From contig JANRIL010000018.1 of assembly GCA_033764955.1 (NCBI GenBank), positions 1 through 11,109 on the forward strand: a DNA stretch of 11,109 nucleotides, given 5' to 3'. Positions within the stretch are counted from its first letter, which is position 1. Each line of letters begins with the position of its first letter. The position numbers were made by a program, and so were the translations under genes. Below, piece by piece: positions 6,458 through 11,109 of the stretch. Under the pieces are notes generated by a model. It worked only from the letters and a program-made list of their open reading frames with translations. It did no database searches and had not been told where the DNA came from. The stretch comes from Cyanobacteriota bacterium. Its GTDB lineage: Bacteria > Cyanobacteriota > Cyanobacteriia > Thermostichales > Thermostichaceae.

Positions 6458-8583
6458 GCTTTGATATTCGAGAACATCTAGAGTTCAACCCGGCAGGACG
6501 AGCCTACTGTCCCAGTTGCATCCTCAAGAAAGGCAGATTTCCAGAGCAGCGGAGCCTAGCGATTGTCCCCGGATCCGAGGGTGCCTATCTCTGTCATGCC
6601 GGATGCAGTGTGGAAGAGATCCGTGAGGCCATCGGGCATCCCAAACCCAAAGCCTCCCAACCAGCAGCGAAGGATCCGCTTGTCTACACCGAAGCCCAGG
6701 TGATGAAGCATGTCGGGATCCTCCTCAATGGCCAAACACCCGATGCCATAGCTGCCAGAGAGTGGCTAGAAAAACGCGGCTTTACCTCAGAGATGATCCT
6801 GCACTACAAGCTGGGTCTGTTCGGATCCCATCTGCAAATTCCCATTCCCACGAACGGATCCAGTTATCACCTCAAAAGTCGCATCTCGCCCTGGACTGGA
6901 AATAAAGCTTGGGCACAGAAAGGGATCCCAGCAATGGTCTTCTTCACCCATCAACTAGAGAGTGCAAGGCAGACTTGGCTGTGCGAGGGGGAATGGGATG
7001 CCATGTTGCTGGGTTGGAAAGTCAGAGAAGCAGGGATCCCTGAGATTGCCGTGGCTACCTTCACCTGTGGCTGCAATGCCATCCCGATGCAACTGGAATT
7101 AGAGCGGTTGGTGGGCGAGGTGACTATCTTCTATGACCGTGACCAGCCGGGGCAGAACGGATCCGAGAAACTAGCCAAGCGATTGGGATCCCGTGGCCGC
7201 ATTGCCCAGGTACCTGCACCCGATATTTTCCCTAAGGGTTGGGATGTGTCCGATACCCTCAATGCCGGATTCACTCTGAAAGATCTACAACAAGCTGCGG
7301 CTCAAGCCACTCCCTACTTAGGGGATAAAAGCCCAGCCCAAGAAGTGTATGGAGACCTGCTCACCCGACTGGAACGCGCCTACCAACTGGAGTCAGCTTC
7401 AGAGCGGATCTATCAACTGGAATTACTCAGCCGCGCAGTCCGGATCCCCACCCCCCGCCTCACCTCGATGTGGATGAACCATATTGCCGAGAAGGACACC
7501 CAGGATCCGTTGGAGGTACATCAGTTTGTGGAGAAATCCCCTGAGCGTCGTCCTTTCCTGATTCCTGGCTTTCTGCCGACTGGGACGATTGTGGTGTTGG
7601 TGGCAGATGGCGGCACGGGCAAGACCTTGCTGGCGAATAACCTTTGTTTGTCGATTGCCAGAGGCGGATCCTGGAATGGCAAGCCGGTGAAACAGGGACG
7701 GGTGTTGATCATCCAATCCGATGAACCGGAACTAGAATGTGCTGCCCGCCTGAGAGATGCCAACTTCGAGGGGTTGGATCCGGGCCTGGTCTACATCAAA
7801 ACCAACTGGCAGTTCTCTCAGTTGCCTCTACTTAAGAAGTGGTTGCAGCACTATCAACCTGTGCTGGTGATGATCGATTCCCTGACCGCTACCAATCGGC
7901 ATAGCGAAGCAGAAGAGCGAGACACGGCCTATGGGTTGGTGCTTTATGAGCTGCGGGATCTGGCGAACCAGTATGGGACAACATTTTTGGTACTGCACCA
8001 CACGAATAAGCTGGGCATCGAACGGGGCACCACTGCCATCCGCGACAATGTGGGCGAAGTCTGGCTGCTGAAGCATGGGGACAAAACGGATCCGAGCAAC
8101 CTAGAACGCAAGCTGGTGATCGACAAATCCCGTACCGGTTGTAACGACATTCACACCCTAGAACTCAATGATGAAGACTTCTCTTGGATCCTCAAGCCCA
8201 AAGAACCCAACCAGGAAGGTAAGTCACCTCTCGAAGATCGGCTACTCGGTTTCATGGAGCGCACGGCAGGGATCCCGCGTGAGATTGAGGAGATCGCCCA
8301 TGAGTTTCGTGTCAGCTGGAGCAGCGCCCGTCGTGCCCTCAAGAAATTGTGGCGGCTGGGTTATGTGAATGAAGACACTGTGCAATCGGGATCCGTGGGC
8401 AAGCCCAAGAAGGTCTATACCCACCCGCTGGTGACTAATATTTCAAACCCAAGCCCAGAGCGGGATCCAAATATTATTCAACTGCCGCTGGATCCTGACT
8501 ATTATTCCAAACCCAGTCCGGGAGCCGGATCCGAATATTATTCACCGACGACTCCTGTGTATAACCCCGCTCGTCCTTTTTGA
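6454..8583 (+). CDS. Primase-helicase: Zn finger, TOPRIM, AAA_25/RepA-like helicase and C-terminal winged-helix-like region
   Basis: Zn ligands CPSC...CHAGC. TOPRIM motifs LCEGEWDA and YDRD, plus GWDVSD. Walker A ADGGTGKT, Walker B VMIDS, then LVLHHTNK, RGTTAI and KSR. HTH-like 'IEEIAHEFRVSWSSARRALKKLWRLGYV'. Confidence 0.88.
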   Translation: MSFDIREHLEFNPAGRAYCPSCILKKGRFPEQRSLAIVPGSEGAYLCHAGCSVEEIREAIGHPKPKASQPAAKDPLVYTEAQVMKHVGILLNGQTPDAIAAREWLEKRGFTSEMILHYKLGLFGSHLQIPIPTNGSSYHLKSRISPWTGNKAWAQKGIPAMVFFTHQLESARQTWLCEGEWDAMLLGWKVREAGIPEIAVATFTCGCNAIPMQLELERLVGEVTIFYDRDQPGQNGSEKLAKRLGSRGRIAQVPAPDIFPKGWDVSDTLNAGFTLKDLQQAAAQATPYLGDKSPAQEVYGDLLTRLERAYQLESASERIYQLELLSRAVRIPTPRLTSMWMNHIAEKDTQDPLEVHQFVEKSPERRPFLIPGFLPTGTIVVLVADGGTGKTLLANNLCLSIARGGSWNGKPVKQGRVLIIQSDEPELECAARLRDANFEGLDPGLVYIKTNWQFSQLPLLKKWLQHYQPVLVMIDSLTATNRHSEAEERDTAYGLVLYELRDLANQYGTTFLVLHHTNKLGIERGTTAIRDNVGEVWLLKHGDKTDPSNLERKLVIDKSRTGCNDIHTLELNDEDFSWILKPKEPNQEGKSPLEDRLLGFMERTAGIPREIEEIAHEFRVSWSSARRALKKLWRLGYVNEDTVQSGSVGKPKKVYTHPLVTNISNPSPERDPNIIQLPLDPDYYSKPSPGAGSEYYSPTTPVYNPARPF
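8432..8544 (+). repeat. Imperfect tandem repeat with 64-bp period (49-bp units at 8432-8480 and 8496-8544), candidate iteron/origin
   Basis: TGACTAATATTTCAAACCCAAGCCCAGAGCGGGATCCAAATATTATTCA versus TGACTATTATTCCAAACCCAGTCCGGGAGCCGGATCCGAATATTATTCA, 41/49 identical by manual alignment. Confidence 0.8.
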
Positions 8584-8593
8584 GGATCCCACG

Positions 8594-10720
8594 ATGGCTA
8601 CGGCAACCAAACCCAGAACCCCAAAAAACAAACTGACAGAAGTGGAGTGGAGCCACTATCAACAGGCCATTTTCGACTGGGCAACCCACGGATCCGGTCA
8701 TGCTCTGGTCAATGCGGTGGCGGGATCCGGTAAAACGCAAACCTTGCGCGGGCTGGTCAGTCGGATCCCTTCGGATAAAAAGGTGGCAGTCTTAGCCTTC
8801 AACAATCACATGGCAGCCGAACTGGAATCCAAACTGCCCAAACGGATCACCGTCAGCACCATTCATCGGATGGGAATGTTCATGCTGACCCGTTATTTCC
8901 GTTCGACCTTCCAGTGCAATGAGGCGAAGTATCACGATTTAGCGACCGCAGCCGTGGATCAGTTGCGACCCAACTTTGCATCCATACCATCCAAGGAGTT
9001 GAAAGCAGTTGAACGGGAATGTCGCGGCTTCCTCAAACAGATCCTCCACTACCTGCAAATCACCCTGACGGATCCGACCGAAGAGAACATTCACCACTTG
9101 ATCCAGCATTTTGGACTGGAGACACCGGAGGATCCCTCTTTGCTGGAATTGTTGCTGCCTCTTCCGGCTAAACTGCTCGACCAAGGTAAGGCTCTGGGGA
9201 TTGATCAACAAAATGTCGGACTCGATGATCTGCTTTGGCTGCCTCATGTGCTGAACCTGCAACCCGTCCAAAAAGAGTGGGTGCTGATCGATGAAGCTCA
9301 GGATTTAAGCCGCGCTCAATTGGAATTGGTGCTGAAACTTCCCTCATCAACCGGGCGGATGGTGTTTGTCGGGGATCCTAACCAGGCTATCTTCGGGTTT
9401 GCTGGGTCAGACGACCAATCTTGGGAACGGATCCGGGAGGCCATTCACCCCAAAGAGTTTCCCCTCAGCATCACCTATCGTTGCCCTGGATCCCATGTGA
9501 GATTGGCTTCTCGTCTGGTTCCTCAAATCGAAGCACGACCGAATGCCCTAACCGGACAGATCTCAGTCATTCATCCCACCCGCATCAAGCATGAAGTCAA
9601 TGTGGGAGATCTGGTGATTTGCCGCTTCATGGCTCCTTTGATTGCCCTGTGTCTGAAGTTGGTGATTCACAGTCGGATCCCAGCCAAAGTACGGGGACGA
9701 GATCTGGGCAAGATGCTCATTTCCTTGACCAAAGATGTGGCAGACCATTTCCCACAAAACTTCCTATCTGAACTTAGAAATCACGTTGCTGCCAAAGTGG
9801 AAATCTACCAGCGAAATGGCAAAGAATCTGCAATTGAATCCATTCATGACCGCTCCCTTGCTCTTGAGTCGTGTTTTGAGGCATTTGGTTTAAAATGCGG
9901 CACTGTCCAAGACTTCTGCCAACGGATTGAAGGATTATTCGACGATGATGCACCCCTTGCCAATCATGTCATCTTGGCCACGATCCACCGCGCTAAAGGA
10001 GATGAAGCGGAACGAGTTTTCTTGCTCAAATCAGACTCGATGCCCGCTACCTTTCTAGCCTCGACAAGTTGGCAATCTCAACAAGAACTGCATCTACTTT
10101 ATGTGGCACTGACTCGCTCGAAGGGATCCCTATTTCTGGTGCCCATGCCCAAGAAAGCAGATCTGATGGATGTGTTGTTGACGGATCCGTTGGGTGGGAT
10201 CCAGTTTCCTAAGAGTCCTCTATCGGTTCCGACCGTTTCAGCGCCTAGTGTTACCCCTGAATCCACTCCGATGGGGGAGCAAATTTCGGCAATCCTTTCT
10301 GACTTCGAGAGCGAGGTGAATGCCCTGCATCAGTCAATTAGAAGAATGCTGCTGGAGTTTGTGGAAGTGGCGCAGGCTTGGCAAGGGGAGTTCCCGGATC
10401 CGATGGAGATGGTGTGGCATCGTTTGGGATCCGAATTGAAGGGAGTGAATTGGGGGATCCCGATCCATTTTCGCTTAGAGCAACCAGAGGCCAAGTCCCG
10501 CAGTCCAGCGAGAGTGATTCCGCTATTACGGGTGGGGGATATCTGTCGTTATGTCGGATCCGATGGGCCGATGCGGGTGACTTGCCGGGGGCGGGATCTC
10601 AAGGTGTTGGGGGTGAAGGGATCCGTTGCTACCGTAACGGCTTTGAAGGATTACTTTCACCATCACGAATGGATCCGTCCCTATGACATTGAGATGCAAC
10701 ACTTGCGGAGGAAGTCATGA
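8594..10720 (+). CDS. UvrD/Rep-like superfamily 1 helicase with C-terminal extension
   Basis: Motifs AVAGSGKT, LAFN, STIH, IDEAQD, VGDPNQAIFGF, LSITYRCP, TIHRAKGDE and YVALTRSK. Followed by a P/S/T linker and about 150 extra residues. Confidence 0.92.
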   Translation: MATATKPRTPKNKLTEVEWSHYQQAIFDWATHGSGHALVNAVAGSGKTQTLRGLVSRIPSDKKVAVLAFNNHMAAELESKLPKRITVSTIHRMGMFMLTRYFRSTFQCNEAKYHDLATAAVDQLRPNFASIPSKELKAVERECRGFLKQILHYLQITLTDPTEENIHHLIQHFGLETPEDPSLLELLLPLPAKLLDQGKALGIDQQNVGLDDLLWLPHVLNLQPVQKEWVLIDEAQDLSRAQLELVLKLPSSTGRMVFVGDPNQAIFGFAGSDDQSWERIREAIHPKEFPLSITYRCPGSHVRLASRLVPQIEARPNALTGQISVIHPTRIKHEVNVGDLVICRFMAPLIALCLKLVIHSRIPAKVRGRDLGKMLISLTKDVADHFPQNFLSELRNHVAAKVEIYQRNGKESAIESIHDRSLALESCFEAFGLKCGTVQDFCQRIEGLFDDDAPLANHVILATIHRAKGDEAERVFLLKSDSMPATFLASTSWQSQQELHLLYVALTRSKGSLFLVPMPKKADLMDVLLTDPLGGIQFPKSPLSVPTVSAPSVTPESTPMGEQISAILSDFESEVNALHQSIRRMLLEFVEVAQAWQGEFPDPMEMVWHRLGSELKGVNWGIPIHFRLEQPEAKSRSPARVIPLLRVGDICRYVGSDGPMRVTCRGRDLKVLGVKGSVATVTALKDYFHHHEWIRPYDIEMQHLRRKS

Positions 10721-10974
10721 GCAATATCTCCATCAAGTTGCCAGAGTTGGTGCTTAGAGAGCTGTTTGTGGATCCGGGACTTCTCCAGGAAAAGCTAGGT
10801 CTCTCAACCAAAACGCTTTTACCCCTTCGTAGAGATGGCACTTTGATTCAAGGGATTCACTTCTCTGAAGTCAACAGCCGCCTTATCCTTTACAACTTAC
10901 CCCTGATGATCGATTGGTTAGCGAATCGACACGACCCCATTGCTCACCGTCGGGCAATTGAGAACTTTCAGTGA
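10717..10974 (+). CDS. Small excisionase-like HTH DNA-binding protein, possibly C-terminally clipped by the IS
   Basis: 'KLGLSTKTL...RRDGTLIQGIHF...SRLILYNL..MIDWL' fits the Xis/MerR-like winged-helix pattern seen in cyanobacterial islands. ATGA overlap with the helicase gene. Confidence 0.6.
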   Translation: MSNISIKLPELVLRELFVDPGLLQEKLGLSTKTLLPLRRDGTLIQGIHFSEVNSRLILYNLPLMIDWLANRHDPIAHRRAIENFQ

Positions 10975-11109
10975 ACCTCTTGCGAAAGTCAGAAAAACAG
11001 CTCCAACTCAAAGTTATAGAGAGCAGCAATTAGATTAAAGCGCAGTCGAAAGCGACGACGACGGTTGCGGTATCGCTCCGACAAGATCCGAAAGACCTTG
11101 AGTCTGCCA
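10973..11109 (-). mobile_element. Right end of an IS5-family (ISL2/IS702-like) insertion sequence
   Basis: Probable terminal inverted repeat GAACCTCTTGCGAAAGTC (about 10973-10990) overlapping the transposase stop codon. End position uncertain by 1-2 bp. Confidence 0.75.
10989..11108 (-). CDS. IS5-family (DDE_Tnp_4) transposase, C-terminal 39 aa
   Basis: Manual translation: GRLKVFRILSERYRNRRRRFRLRFNLIAALYNFELELFF*, the characteristic C-terminus of this group. Not in the ORF track. Confidence 0.88.
   Translation of the reverse strand, partial: GRLKVFRILSERYRNRRRRFRLRFNLIAALYNFELELFF

Larger units (their letters stand above)
3586..10974. mobile_element. Control and replication module of an integrated element (prophage, satellite or ICE-like); limits uncertain
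   Basis: CI/Ner divergent switch, primase-helicase, helicase, Xis-like gene, SRAP and TA pair, all sharing the GGATCC enrichment. No integrase or structural genes in the window. Confidence 0.7.

Noticed and set aside
9681..10123. GGATCC-free patch inside the helicase as a recombined segment
   Set aside because: Gaps of similar size occur elsewhere in the module (about 3500-3985 and 6040-6570), so it cannot be told from chance without statistics.
8594..10720. Helicase as part of a known defence system such as Gabija
   Set aside because: No OLD-family nuclease or other defence partner is adjacent. The neighbouring TOPRIM protein has primase-helicase architecture.
4251..10841. Numerous 60-150 aa antisense or alternate-frame ORFs (e.g. 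4424-4792, 4870-5322, 6157-6477, 7423-7716, 8939-9271, 10378-10686)
   Set aside because: They overlap well-supported genes and show no motifs or independent evidence.
1..11109. Composite transposon bounded by the two IS ends
   Set aside because: The two elements are from different families (IS630 and IS5), and each appears to have inserted into a gene independently.

Overview
Accessory region, most likely from a cyanobacterium, with partial IS elements at both edges: the 5' end of an IS630-family transposase on the left and the 3' end of an IS5-family (ISL2/IS702-like) transposase on the right. Neither is in the ORF track. The left block (about 216-3446, + strand) is cargo: an IS-interrupted formylglycine-generating-enzyme gene, a bile acid:Na+ symporter, a frameshifted Coq4 stub, a probable outer-membrane beta-barrel protein and an intact Coq4-family gene. 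The right block (about 3586-10974) looks like the control and replication core of an integrated, DNA-damage-responsive mobile element. Its leftward run is CI-like S24 repressor, catalytically dead UmuD-like protein, SRAP peptidase and an AbrB-like/PIN toxin-antitoxin pair. Its rightward run is Ner-like regulator, Zn-finger/TOPRIM/AAA_25 primase-helicase, UvrD-like helicase with an extra C-terminal module, and an excisionase-like protein. Cis elements seen directly: three copies of the palindrome CTTTAC-AA-GTAAAG, and a 64-bp-period, out-of-frame tandem repeat in the primase 3' end (candidate origin). GGATCC occurs about 60 times (manual count) from 3491 onward and was not seen before that, which marks a sharp mosaic boundary. 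No integrase, capsid or conjugation genes are visible, so the element class is inferred. All family calls come from motif recognition by eye, not database searches.
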